DNA of 64,000 bases from assembly GCF_001194135.2 (NCBI RefSeq), contig NC_068984.1, positions 30,589,362-30,653,361 on the forward strand, written 5' to 3'. A model generated the notes under the pieces. The model saw only the letters and a list, made by a program, of their open reading frames with translations, searched no databases and was not told where the DNA came from. Shown here piece by piece: positions 37,159 to 50,880 of the stretch (positions are counted from its first letter, which is position 1; each line of letters begins with the position of its first letter). Both the position numbers and the translations under genes were made by a program. Origin of the DNA: Octopus bimaculoides. Lineage: Eukaryota.

Positions 37159-37344
37159 NNNNNNNNNNNNNNNNNNNNNNNNNNNNNNNNNNNNNNNNNN
37201 NNNNNNNNNNNNNNNNNNNNNNNNNNNNNNNNNNNNNNNNNNNNNNNNNNNNNNNNNNNNNNNNNNNNNNNNNNNNNNNNNNNNNNNNNNNNNNNNNNNN
37301 NNNNNNNNNNNNNNNNNNNNNNNNNNNNNNNNNNNNNNNNNNNN
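37159..37344. other. Assembly gap after (CA)n
   Basis: N run. Confidence 0.99.
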
Positions 37345-37419
37345 TAAATGGAGACGAACATCATTCCTTCCTGTGATCAGCTTGGAAAAATAGTTAAGAT
37401 ATTAAGATATTGTTCTTAT

Positions 37420-38601
37420 ATGTAAAAATATCTTGAAATACTCAAGTGTAAACTTATTCAATAAAATCGGCATTGGCTTCAACCATAGCCTCCAGACAAC
37501 TTCAGAATCTCCTGCAACCCTCCTTGACAGTCTCCTTGTTTAAGTTGGTGAACGCTGCCATAATCCTTGCCTTCAGTTCATCTTTGGTGTTGGTCTCTTG
37601 CTCAACTGCATCCCACACATAATAATCAAAGGAGTTGCAGTCTGGGGAGTTAGGTGGACAGATGTTAGGGGTGATGTGGTCGCAGAAATTGTCTGACAGA
37701 CATGACTAGGTTCTCTCCTGCTTGTGCTGCATGATGCAGAGTCCTGTTGCCAGACATAGGGTTTTCTAGCAGCCACCCTCTTGACCCAGGCACTAGATTC
37801 AGGCCTCTGTGTTGAGTGTGAGGTCGTGTGGGAAGATGAATGTTGGTATAATGGCACCGTCACTAGTGATCACTCCAAACACCATGATGTTGACTGGATG
37901 TTTGATTTTTATCATTCTTGGTACATGTTTTGGAGACATGGCAAGCCTTAGATTGTTCTGTGTGTTCACCTTCTGATCCTAGCAGAAATTTTTCTCGTTT
38001 AAGAAAAAACCAAAGCATGTTCGGTTGGAGGGATGCTTGAGTTTGTTCAAAAGGTTCGTAGCACAGTCTTGCCTCTTGTCCTTGATGGCTTCGGATAAAA
38101 ATTAGCCCCTTCTCATCTTGTGTGAGGAATATTGAATGTTTTTATGCACTACCTTCCTGATAAGAAATTCAGACACTCTCATGTCCCTGGTGATGGACCA
38201 GACTGACTTGGAGAGATCATTGTCAATTATGGCCTGGATCTCACCAACAAATTTAGGAGTCCTTTTCTTATCAGAACAATCAGAGTGAGTTTTCCAAGCC
38301 GCCGTACCTCTGTAATCACCATTAGACTCATCCAATTCTTTCTGAATCCTCTGCACTGTCCTCAGATTGACACTCAAACACTGTGAAATGTTCGTATTGG
38401 ATCTTCCAGTGCAAATGCCAAGCAGTACAGCATGCCATTTCAAAATTTCTGGCTGAGTGAATTGTGTCATGGTGCTGTTTTTCTCACAGATAGTATCCAA
38501 CTTACCCTACATATACTGTGTAATTGATAGAATCAAAAGCAAACAATGCACATGCACGAAATTGAAAATATAAAATGGTGACAATTTACCCATCACGCCT
38601 A
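37420..38601 (-). mobile_element. DD37D (maT-type) Tc1/mariner transposon with a disrupted transposase (38470 to 37454)
   Basis: MTQFTQPEILKWHAVLLG…NLRTVQRIQKEL…IMVFGVITSDG…YVWQQDSA…PPNSPDCNSFDYYVW, with stops and frameshifts. Combining it with the 47072 copy gives 37 residues between the QQD and FDY aspartates. A TA-flanked terminus lies at ~38600. Confidence 0.88.
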
Positions 38602-38670
38602 TATATATATATATCTTTTACTCTTTTACTTGTTTCAGTCATTTGACTGCGGCCATGCTGGAGCACTGCA

Positions 38671-38790
<120 letters not shown>

Positions 38791-41700
38791 AAATAGATAT
38801 GTGCTTACTTCTGTAAATATTGCTCTTTCTGTAACAGTTTGTGATGTCTTTCTCATCTTTAATAAAATAATATATATGCACAAACATTACATGTACACAC
38901 ACACAGACATGTACGAGTATATATACTACATATGCATGTATGTGTGTGTGTGTGGCAGTGTGTATGCACAGGCAATACATAAATCATTGACTGATTTAAC
39001 AAAGGTCTATGCTTAAGCTGTTAAATGAACTGGCAAAAATACATGGATGCAAAACTTGCTTCACATGGAGAATATTCCATTATTTGTCCTTGTTATTGTC
39101 TGAGATATCTGCTAGTTTTGTATCATGAAAGAGTTTGGTAACAACAAAAAGCACATGATGTTAGGACATTTTTAGCTTTTAATTGATTTTGGTACTAAAG
39201 CAGTCTTAAAGTTAAGGTGCTTGATCACTAACATTACTGAGACCATTTTAAAAAATATTTTCTTTGACACCAGTTATTGTTTTCTTTGATAAACCACCTA
39301 ATTTTGATTACTCTGCAAAATGGTTGAGGTTAAAAAATGTTTCAAGCTATAAAAAATCAAACCAAAAAGAGAAAAATACAGGCAAAATATGGTCTGTCAA
39401 TCCATCTCAGAGGGAAGTGGAATCAAATAAGAAATGACTGAAGCCATGATTGTGAGAACCTGACCACCTTATGTTTGCATGGAAAATGAATGTAAAATAA
39501 TGATGATGAGGGTCTTTATGTTTCTCTTTAGAATGATTAACATGAGAAAGGACAGCTATCTAATATAAGGACAAAATTTTCTTAACTTATCATCTAATTA
39601 AATGAAACAGCAAAATAACGGTACATGACATGTTTTTGAAAACTTTGGTGGAAATAAAAAAAAGGAAAATCAATCCTTCCCAAAATTAAGGGAACCTTTT
39701 TCATGTCAATCAATTTTTGAAATAAACAAAATTGTTTTCTCTGAAGATTATACATTATTCTGTGAGTAGGTATCAATAGAAGAGCAATTTCTAGTGTAGA
39801 ATAAAATTTCTCAAACTAATAGAATGACAAAACCAAAAAAAAAAAAAAAAGAAGAAAAATTATAAAGGAAGGGAAAAGACAAAAATAGCAGCAGGTGTAC
39901 CTGAAAACTTTGGCAATTTCTTTCTACTGATAATTAGATGGCAAGATTGTAACAGAAAGTAAACAATTGCAGAGGCTGTGAAGTAAATATAGTATTGATA
40001 GCAAAGACATTTTGTTTGATACTAATTACTATGAATTTCGGTTACTGCTCTGTGTTGACAGGAAACTGTAAATAGTAAAACATGCTGGACACACTTCTAT
40101 ATTAACAGTGACTTACACGAGACCATAGATGCAATGAAAGGCACACATACACATACATATAGGCATCCAAACATTAATTCAGAAAGAAAAGGAAAACAAA
40201 ATGTGAAGTAGAAAAAAGAAGAAAAAACAGTCCTAAGATTTGTGTAAATAGAAAGGAGAAAACTGTCTGTGTGTTGATCACAATAATATAAGCTTGGAGA
40301 AGTTTTTGTAGAAACAGACTGATGTCTTCATTGCTACAAAACCATCATATCGCGTGACTTAGCAGGTCAGAGCAACACTAATATAATGGCTAATCAAATT
40401 AAGAATACAAGTGAAAGAAGATGTACAAAAACATTCATATAATTCTAGCAAATTAAAAGGAAAAACACTGAGACATTTCTAAAACATCACTGTTCAAATA
40501 TAAAACTTGTGTAAAGACCAATTCTCTTTAAAAGAATATATTGTTCTAGCTTTAGGCTGAAATTGAAAGTATTCAGATATTAGCAGTTCTTTGAAGTGTT
40601 TGTAATAGTTCTAAATAATAAATGGGTGTTAAACAATACATTCCAAATAATACAATGTTTAATATTGGGATACTTCCACTCACCAAAATCTGTGGACAGT
40701 TTTATTAAGGAACTAAGAAGGAAAGAATCAGATAAGTTTGCATTGTCTTCTTATACAAAAGGATATAAAAAATTCTAAACTCTTAGTATTTCAAAGACTG
40801 AAGGTATTCTGTTTAAAATAACCTTAAACAACAAATATTACAAATATATAATATTCAACTGAAACAACATCCATTCTCATGAACAATACAGATTGTACCT
40901 TCAAAAAATATTCAAAACAGCTATTTAAAATTTCAGTTTAAGCAATTCTAAGTTTAGACATAATTTATAGCTTTTAACCTCATTCATATAATCGAGTACT
41001 AATTTCTGTAAGGTAATGCCACAGACATAAATAAATAGGGAGGGATCAAATATTATATTCCTTTATATTTATGGATGATATTTAATAAAGATGCAGTAGT
41101 ATTGTTAGACACCAGGTCATTGAGCTACAAACAAAATTGTTATGATATTTATTTCTACCAATAAAAAAAATAAAAGTGAACATGATAGTACTTGTGTTTT
41201 AGATTGTTATTATGTCTCTTCCACAATAAATGTTCTAGCTTAACACACAATATCCTACCAAGTCATTTGCCAAACAAGTACAAACTCTGCAGTTTTATAG
41301 TGTACAGAAAACTGTTCTCTTGTCATATGTAAGGACACTATAGGTAACACACAGGAAAGAAAAAAAAAGTTATAAAATCTACTGTAAATTAGATTTCTAT
41401 TTGACAGCCAAAATGTAGGAATTCTTTTACATTTTATGTTAAAACAAATGAAGATTTTTGAAGGATTTTCTTGTATTAAAGCATTCTGCCAAATTTCTTT
41501 CAAACGTTCAATATCTTGTCATAATTTATACACTTCTTCAATCTGACAGAAAATGGACTATTCTTTGAATTCCATCAGGATATATACTGAAAGGAAATAA
41601 TATAAAGTACTTTACTGGTGCATGCAGCACAACTCTTGCACAGAATCAAGTGTTATTATTGTATAGAGGTTCCAATATTATACAGTAGTTTTACATCTTA

Positions 41701-44242
41701 AAGTGATAACTTTTGAATGGCAGTATAAAATGAAAGCTGGAATCAGTAGTTTTATCCTCCATGGACACTAGGATAGAAAATATACTTCTATTTCAGTAAA
41801 ATAACAGTATCCCGTCATGACCAATTTAACTTAAACTAGTAAAAGATCTTTAAAATATGTTATACTTCTGTAAAATTTTTCCTTTTGTACCTAAAATAGC
41901 TGCAGTTACTTGGGGAAAAATTTTGAAACATTTAGAGAGAAATGAAGTGCATATATTTTGATAAATATGCACTGTGAACTAGTTAGATGATATATTTCAG
42001 AAAATGCTATGAGTGAGTGGATATTGTGGAATAGATTACAGCAAGTAATTGAAAAATTAGTATGGACACATTGTAAAAATAGAGGATTTGCAATGGTAAA
42101 TTTGAGTGGTCAGAAAAGGGATAGGAAAAAACGAAAATGATTCATAAGACCAGATTATATACTACAGCTTATAAGTGTATGCAAGACTCAAAACCAGTAA
42201 GAGAGTTTCTACACAGTCATTTGGCTGCAATAACAAGTAGCTAAGTTTCCCTTAAACCATACCCTACTATCTTGAAGAAAAGCTGAAGTTGATACATTAT
42301 TCCTGAAAATAAAATGGATTTGGATGCTTTGAGTATAGATCTGGGTTAAACAATAGCAGGTGCAGTAAGATGAATAACAATAATCAACAAATATTTGATA
42401 TTAGACTCATAAAATATAGATTAACAATGAAAATTGTGCTATAATTATCATGATTGAAAAACCTCGGCCAGCATTATTTGAAAAACTCTAAGGTAGGAGG
42501 TAACCAATGGGATGCTTTGGAATATTCTATCTATGCTACACTTTGGTTATACAATTGATTTAATTGTGTATGAGACCACTAAGTAATGTTTTCTATGTCA
42601 GATATAGCATGATAGTAAGGAAATGTTTCATACATCTATGTATTATCCAAATCAGAGAAGAGTAAAGTGAATAATGTTACTCATTAATACTTCAAATCTC
42701 TAGATTCTACTGTGTTTGTCAAACCAGCATATCAACCAGAGAAAAAGTCTAAATATGAGGAAACTGGTGAATGTCTATTGCTAACAAGTAGTCCATAGAA
42801 TAACTTATATGAAGCTTTATAAGTTAAATTGCCACAAAGAGTGAAGAATATCACAGCATTTCAGGGTTATTGTAGCTATGTATATTCATATTACTTTGAT
42901 ACATATATTTTAATATAGTTTTATGTTTATCTTGGTCACATAAAAAAAAAATAGTCTATTTAAAATGGTGTCATGAGCATAATCTCAATGTACTCTATTA
43001 TTAATATGCCTAGATGTTAGCAGAAGGTTGAATATTTAATTACTGAATAAACTTTGGTTTTTAAATATCTAAAGTGATTTTGACAATCTCTTTTGGCATT
43101 TAGACAGTGTTTGTATAATGATTCTGCATTTCATGATGTAGATTTGTTAGGGATCTTCTGTGTAGGTGATCAATTTACTTACTGCTACTATGAAACCTAT
43201 TTAAAAACACATTGGACTCTTAAACATTGCAACAGTTTAGGGTAAGAGCAGATTTTGAGCCATACACTTAAAACACAGATTTAGCCATAAACAGAATGTT
43301 GAATGATGACTGCCTAATAGATGTTGTGTGTATGTGCATGTGTGTGTTTAGGTTAATCAGAGAATGAGCATAGCCATCATTTGTTTCTGACTCTCAGAGT
43401 ACTGTAGGTTAATGTAAGGCAGCAAATGTATAACTGAGAAGTGAATTCCTGTGAAGATGCAATTAGGAAAAAGAAATGGTTGGTCAACATCTTTGGAACA
43501 GAGTCTAGGAAAATGAGACAATGATGGTAGCAAGAGAAATGTAGGTATCTGGTAAGACAAGGCGGTCAGGTTAGGAAGCTATCCAATTCTGAAAACCAAA
43601 ATTAATGTAAAATAAATAGAAGAGACACAAAAAAGAACAAATATATGTGCGAACCAATGGCTGAAGCATTCTGATGAGTGAGATTTTATGGTCTAGAATG
43701 CATTATAATTCGAGATATGTGGACAATACTTGAATGATTGCTTGTAGAGAGTCAGCACCTGTTCAAGCTTGAAGTATTTTCTGGACTTAAAGGATGAAAA
43801 TTTTATTCTTATTTCATATAAGGTCATCATTGAGATAATCTAATATTGAAAGGCAAAAGTATTAGGAATGCCATTGCAAAATTCATGTTTATTTATTTAT
43901 TTATTTATGTGTTTCAGCCAAGTGGCTGCGGTCATGCTGGTGCACCTACTGGGAATTTAAATTTGTTCATTACCAAAAACAAGAAATAGCATTGAAAAAT
44001 TATGTTACTGAAGTGAAATCTTTCCCAGCACTTCGTATTATTAACATTGTTAGAACTTATGTACAGGCATGGCTGTGTGGTTAAGAAGCTCACTTTACAA
44101 ATGCATGATTTCAGAATCAGTCACACCAGGGTGACATATGGGGCAAATATCGTTCTGTTATTGTTAGAATTTATGTGTGTGTGTGTGTGTACGTGTGTGT
44201 GTGTGTGTGTGTGTACATATTCATACATACATACATACATAG

Positions 44243-45267
44243 TATCACTCAGGCAGCACCTGCTAAACAACAACAGCAAAAATAAATATATGAGTGCTGT
44301 GCTAAAAAGTGAAGTGAGCAACATTGTATGAGTTGGCAGTGAGCTCCTCAAAAAGCACTCTCTTCCTGATGATCTCCTATACATCCTCCAAACAACTGGG
44401 CTCTCTTACTTCAGAGAAGATCTGGATGGAAAGTACTCAGCATACAAAAAAAACAAAACAAAAAAAAACTATGCATGAGTATGCTGCCCGGAAGCTTGAA
44501 GAAGACAGCAAAATTGACACGAAGCACAGCCATTCTTGGACACAAGACCACTACATAATATCATACTTTGAGGGCTATGCGACTGCAATCCAGGAACAGG
44601 AAATTGCCACAAATTATCTGGTGAAAAAGAGAGAGACAGTCACACTCTTGTAATCCCAAGGTGCAACTGCATGTATAGGTTATGTCATGTTTCTGTGGAA
44701 GACATCGTGCATGTGATTAGCAGCTGTCCTAAAATGTCATCATGGCACTACCTCCCTATGCGGCACAATGTTGTTGCTAAAACAATTTACAATGCCATCC
44801 GCAAAAAAAGACTGCCCTGAAATAAACTTAGAAAATCCCTCTGTTATGGAGTTATGTAATACATTCGTAAACACCAACTCAAGGAATGCTGATGGAATAT
44901 TCCCATCAAACCTTCTTTGAAATGTAAATATAAGAGGCTAAATATTGTTGCTTGGGACAGAGGAGCAAAGATATGCACCATCATAGCAGTCAACTGCCCC
45001 GCAGATATAAATATCTCATTGAAAATCTAAGAAAAAGAGGATATCTATGGACAACTGCTTCAAAACCTCCAGCTTCTATATCCAGACTATGAATTCATAT
45101 TCATACCAATTATAATTGGAGTACTAGGTTTTGTTAGTAAATGCTTAAAGGAGAATGTGGATAAACTGGGATTTCCAGAAAGAGAAATTGACTGGTTAAT
45201 TCGTACATTACAAGTGCAATCTGTGAGTAGAACACTAAAAGTTTGCAAGACTTTTCTCAAGTTCTAA
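44243..45267 (+). pseudogene. R4/Dong-like non-LTR retrotransposon 3' fragment (zinc knuckle and restriction-like endonuclease)
   Basis: EGYATAIQEQEIATNY…RLCHVSVEDIVHVISSC…RHNVVAKTIYNAI…RLNIVAWD…CTIIAVNCPADINI…LLYPDYEFIFIPIIIGVLG…VCKTFLKF*. This is a CCHC-like knuckle, RH motif and degenerate PD-(D/E) region, with stops. Confidence 0.8.
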
Positions 45268-45658
45268 ATGTGAATTTGTCCGTGTTAATTACATCCCAAA
45301 GATGGAGCCTTGTATCTTTGTTGGAAACCAGCACCTTTCTCAGTGGAAGATTTATAACAATTAAAAAGTAAAAGTGATATACATACATAAATACATATGT
45401 GATAAGTTGTTTGTCGAACCTATATACTATGTGGTAACATTGTCATTGAAAAGTGTTTCCTTCGATGAAATATACGCTACTTTTAAATTCGTTCATGTGG
45501 CTACGAATTGCTCTAATACTGCTACAATATTTAAATCAATAACTGATTAAACAATTATCATTTAACTGAAAGGATCAATAACCTATCAGTTATAAAAGGT
45601 TAATGCTGCCTTTTCTATTTATAACTTCAGTAAATATAATTTCTAAAATAACGTTTTT

Positions 45659-45696
<38 letters not shown>

Positions 45697-45822
45697 CACA
45701 TATATATATAGACAATTAAATAGAGAGATTCAATTGACAATCTAACAATTTATTTATATTATAATATAACATAATATACTATGAATATAATATAAGATAA
45801 CATCAAAAATTATTAAAATACT

Positions 45823-45910
45823 AAAAATGCCAACAATTTGTTTCGACTGACATACATTATTTGATTTATCAACAATTCATATCCATGTATATAAGTCTCT
45901 TCAGGGTTTT
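45823..45910 (-). ncRNA. Type I hammerhead ribozyme motif (intact core, long stem II, bulged stem I)
   Basis: Minus strand: AAAACC-CTGAAGA-GAC-TT-ATATACAT…ATGTATGT-CA-GTC-GAAA-CAAATTG-TT-GGCATTTT. Core at 45904-45898, GAAA at 45844-45841, GUU triplet at 45834-45832. Confidence 0.75.
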
Positions 45911-46129
45911 GGTTCAAAAGACTGATGGAATTCCTTGTCAAAGGACAGCTAGATGGCAAAAAATTTGATTCAGATACCTATGTTCACGAGCGTGAATGTT
46001 AACTTTTAATTTGCATTATACCCCTATTTCTGTGGTATTCAACTGATGTACCAGTGAATTAGATGTTTTACACACCCCTTTGAAGGAATTCCTTTCTTTC
46101 GTTTGCTACTTTAATATTTATAGATGTGT

Positions 46130-46360
46130 GTGTGTGTGTGTGTGTGTGTATTTTAAATTAAAAAATGAAGACCAAACACAAAAAAACACAACAACGTGAG
46201 GATGTGGTACATGTAACGTATTAGCAGATGCTCAGGGAAGGAAAGAAAGATGGTTTAACATTTTGAGCAGACACTCTTCTTTGAAAACAGAGGAAAGTCC
46301 AATAGAAGGGAAGGCGGAGGAAGAAAATTGCCAATGATTCACATGTGGTTTGTCACATTA
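46130..46360 (-). mobile_element. Probable Penelope-type terminal-repeat remnant with a decayed hammerhead motif (46254-46286)
   Basis: Minus strand TTTT-CAAAGA-AGAG-TGTCT-GCTC-AAAA-TG-TT-AAA has the hammerhead layout with several core substitutions. Confidence 0.35.
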
Positions 46361-47071
46361 ATCTGGCTATTTGATGTTACTACTCTTTAACTCCAGGCAG
46401 AGCCTCTACCAGCTGGTTATCAGTGCAATCTGCACCTGGTATATATTGCAAGCAAGGGGGTGAACCCCTACTATCTTCTATAAAATGATGGCATCACCAA
46501 ACTGAATGGTTTTGGGTTATTAGTACCGATCTTCAATGGTGAACATCCAACCACTAGAGATGGCAGGAATTCACTCCAGTTTGCACTATTTAGAAAACGA
46601 AGTGATAATCAGTCACTGAACTTGCAACAAACAAGGTAGTTAGTTAGAAAATAAGATATGAAAGTAATTAAAGTTTGGTCAAAGTTGTTCCAACGACTTC
46701 TAGTTTATTAATCAATTTTTACATTTGGTTAATCTGTTTACATTGCACCTCACTTGGATCCTAAAAAAGGACTTATGGCTATTTAGCCTGGCTTTGTAGG
46801 GGCTCACTATTGCTCTAATATATTACTTTGCAAGCATCCCTTCATCTTAGATACCACCACCTATAGTCCATGACCTCAGTTTTACATCAGTCATTCACTG
46901 GGCACTCATTGTTAATTCTATATGTGCATCTTGCCTCTGCACAAGGTTTTGGGGCGTTCACTAATATCTACTTGACATAGGCACACTACTGGATGAAACC
47001 CTTAAGTTATGTCTGTTGATTAAACTCCTATATCTATGAGACTGTGTGAAATGGTAATCTAGTGATCTAAG

Positions 47072-47713
47072 GTTTGTTGTGTCCCCAAAACATTTACCAC
47101 GAGTGATAAAAATCAAACATTCAGTCAACATCATGGTGTTAGGAGAGATCATTAGTGATGGCGACATTATGCCTCCATTCATCTTCCCACACAACCTCAT
47201 ATTCAACATGGAGGCCTACATCAAGTGCCTGGAGGAAGCAGTGCTGCCTTGGGTCAAAAGGGTGGCTACTGGAAAACCCTATTTCTGGCAACAGGATTCT
47301 GCACCATGCCACACAAGCAGGAGAACCCAGTCATGGCTGTCAGACAATTTCTGCAACTACATCATACTTAACATCTCGCCACCTAACGCCCCAAACTGCA
47401 ATGCACTTCGTTAAGTGTCAGGTACAGTTGAGTGAGAGACCAACGAAACTCCTTGTAGCACCAAAGATGAACTGAAGACGAGGATTATGGGAGCATTCAC
47501 CAACTTAAACAAGGAGACCATCCAGAAGAGTCACAGGAGATTTCGAAGTTGTTTGGAGGCCATGGTTGAAGCCAATGGCAATTTTATTGAATAAATTTAC
47601 TGTTTAGTATTTCAAGATATTTTATGTAATTTTGCTAAATACATCTGTTAAAATGAGATGACAGTGTCATTTCCATTTTTGCATAATTTAGACAATAGTT
47701 TATTCACCATACC

Positions 47714-47716
<3 letters not shown>
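47072..47716 (+). mobile_element. 5'-truncated DD37D (maT-type) copy with 3' terminus
   Basis: IMVLGEIISDG…YIKCLEEAVLPWVKRVATGKPYFWQQDSAPCHTSRRTQSWLSDNF…. Homologous to 37420-38601; ends …ACCCTG followed by (TA)n. Confidence 0.88.
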
Positions 47717-47747
<31 letters not shown>

Positions 47748-47749
<2 letters not shown>

Positions 47750-47889
47750 GTAAAAGCACCCACTACACTCTCTGAGTGGTTGGCGTTAGGAAGGGCATCC
47801 AGCTGTAGAAACTCTGCCAAATCAGACTGGAGCCTGGTGTTGCCATCCGCTTTCACCAGTCCTCAGTCAAATCGTCCAACCCATGCTAG
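47748..47889 (+). mobile_element. Family A terminal fragment, nearly identical to 12180-12320
   Basis: Direct comparison shows about one difference. It is bounded by (TA)n and an N-gap. Confidence 0.8.
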
Positions 47890-47899
47890 NNNNNNNNNN

Positions 47900-47945
<46 letters not shown>

Positions 47946-49404
47946 GGGGTACAGTCTCTGAAAATTTGACAATGGGATTTGCTTATAAATATTTTCCTTA
48001 TATATGTGTAACTTCTTGTTGCTATTGAAAAAGTGTAGGATGATGTAACTAAATCATTTATAAACAAACTCTCTAGTTTCTTTGTTTTTTTTTTTTTGGT
48101 TTTTACTATATGTTCACTATGATCTACTTAACTATGAATACATTACGAGAAATTTTATGTATATGAGCCCTCCTTATGACTTTCTCTTTAAATATCATCA
48201 TCATCATTGTTTAAAATCCATTTTCCATATTGGAATGGAACACTCTATGAATAAATATAGGGTTTTAACTGCTGGATATTCGTCATACAATTCAAAGCTA
48301 AATCACACTGCATGATTTTATATATGTATATGTTTGTATTTGTGCATGGGAATTTAGTGTATACATTTGTGCCTACTTTATTTATATTGCTTGATATTTG
48401 TAAATGAGTATCACCATCATACAACGAATGTTCACCTTCTGTGACAGCAACAAAGCATGAGGAAATATTTATATGCTTGGAAATATGTGAGGACTAGAAA
48501 CAGCATAGGCAACTAGATATAGAAAATCTACCTTAACAAATTCCATTTGGCCCAAGCTTGGTTATATTGATGTTGATGTTGACACATTTATTGAAATACA
48601 CTCATAAAAGGATATTAGCTGACATTAAATTCACCAACAGAAATATTTGTTGAAAAACATATATTGAAACTTATTGTGAACTAATATTTTAAGCAACTTA
48701 TTTTAATTTAAAAATTATAATAAAAAAATTACATTTTAAAGGAAATATTTTTCATTATTTTGAGTAATCTTGTATACACTGTGTGTGTTCATTATACATC
48801 ATGCTCAACTTATCAAATATTTGAATGTTCTAACTTCTTTAGCAATAATAATTGTTATAATTACTCATACCAACCATAATGATTTCCAACAGAGATGCAC
48901 AATTGCAATCACTGTGGGTAAGTTATAGTCAATTAGACATACCCAATAATTATTGGTACTTATTACACTGTCCTATAAAAGATGATAGATAAAGTGTACT
49001 ATGGCTGAATTTGATTGTAAATGCTAAATGAATGAAACATGGTGCTGCAAACTATTTTGATCTATGCTCGTTGGATTCATTGTTATACCACTTATCACCA
49101 CTATAATGATTACTTCTTATATAGGCACAGGAGCAGAACGATTCGATGGACCCTAATATTTGGCTGATACTCAAGCAGATAATTTCTTTAATGATTATGT
49201 CTGGAAAATTTGTCTCAAGAACACTAATGATTTTGCAATGTGAATTGTTAGATTTTACCACAAAAAATGTTCTTAAATCTGATGGGTAGATTATGTGTAA
49301 TCTATTAGCACTAACTTGCATATTAGCAACTTTTAAATGTTAGGAGTTTAAAACATTTCAGGAGTTAATTCAATTATCAATAGGTTTTTGCATTGTTTTA
49401 TATA

Positions 49405-49559
<155 letters not shown>

Positions 49560-49709
49560 TTAACCTAATTCATTCATTTTTGTCTATGAATGTCTTTCTA
49601 CAAAATATTTGAATTTCTGATGTGTGTATTTCTGATGAATGTCTTTTGTATATATCTATAACTATCTCTGTCTATATATATATATATATATCTCTTAAAT
49701 GTATAACTA

Positions 49710-50880
49710 TTTCTGTATGAGTCAGAGCTCCAGCAGCAGAGGCATAAGGTCAGTCCAAACAGCCTTTGAATGTCACATTATATCAATCAGACAACATCTG
49801 CTGAACAGTAAAGACAGATGTGAGCATATTCCATGCATACTCAAAAGTGTAGGCAACAACATCTTCAGAGCTGGAGAACTACGATACTGTTACTCTGAGA
49901 ATACAATTGTCTCATGCAACCCAAAAGAGGCTGGACAGGCCTACCTAAATAGAAGCTTGAAAGGGCAGCAGGCATCATACCAACAAAAAGCAATGCATAG
50001 GTACATATCTTGTAAGCTCCAGGGCAACAACAGCATTGACAGGAAGAGTAACCTCTTCTGGATCTGCAATAGATACATTATATCCCACCTAGAAGGATAT
50101 GCCTTTGCTATCTAGGAATAGGAAATAGCTACTAAATACTTGATAAACAAAAGGGACAAAGGTACCAGCAAACCGCCATGTTGTGATAAGAAATATCAGC
50201 TCTGCTATACCAATGAATAAGATATCACCCACGTCATCAGCAGCTGCCCCAGAATGTCTATGAGATACAACCTGTCTTTGAGGCATGATATAGTTGCAAA
50301 GACTATTTACAATACTATTCACTAGAAGGAATGCCCTGATGTATGCATAAAAGACATGTCAGAACCAGCAGGTATTCACACCTTCAAATAGGAATACTGG
50401 TGGAACACCTCAATCATCATCATCATCGTTTAATGTCCGCTTTCCATGCTGCATGGGTTCGAGGATTTGACTGAGGACTGGTGAACCAGATGGCTACACC
50501 AGGCTCCAATCTGATTTGGCAGAGTTTCTACATCTGGATGCCCTTCCTAACACCAACCACTCTGAGAGTGTAGTGGGTGCTTTTATGTGCCACCGGCACG
50601 AAGGCCAGTCAGGCAGTACTGGCAATAGCGATGCTCAAAATGGTTTATTTTACGTGCCACCTGCACAGGAGCCAGTCCAGTGGTACTGGCAATGACCTAG
50701 CTCGAATGTCTTTTCATGTGCCGCCAGCACAAGTGCCAGGAAGGCGACACTGGCAACGATCACGCTCAAATGGTGGTCAAAAAATTTCAATTTGGTGCAA
50801 ACATAACAGAACTGATAGTGTTCTGTTAGACAGGGAACTAAAGTCAATGTACTGTTGCAGAGGTCAGTTGCCCAGCAAAT
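49710..50880 (+). pseudogene. Second R4/Dong-like fragment, split by a family A insertion
   Basis: SIRQHLLN…LEGYAFAI*E*EIATKYL…DITHVISSCPRM…RHDIVAKTIYN…EYWWNTSI, then after the insertion KISIWCKHNRTDSVLLDR (HNRPD-like). Homologous to 44243-45267. Confidence 0.75.
50414..50778 (-). mobile_element. Family A RTE 3' UTR and tail nested in the R4/Dong-like fragment
   Basis: (CAT)n plus the reverse complement of the family A end and three ~65-bp UTR modules. Confidence 0.85.

Noticed and set aside
43676-43712. GCATT-CTGATGA…AATGC hairpin
   Set aside because: No GAAA or UH triplet.
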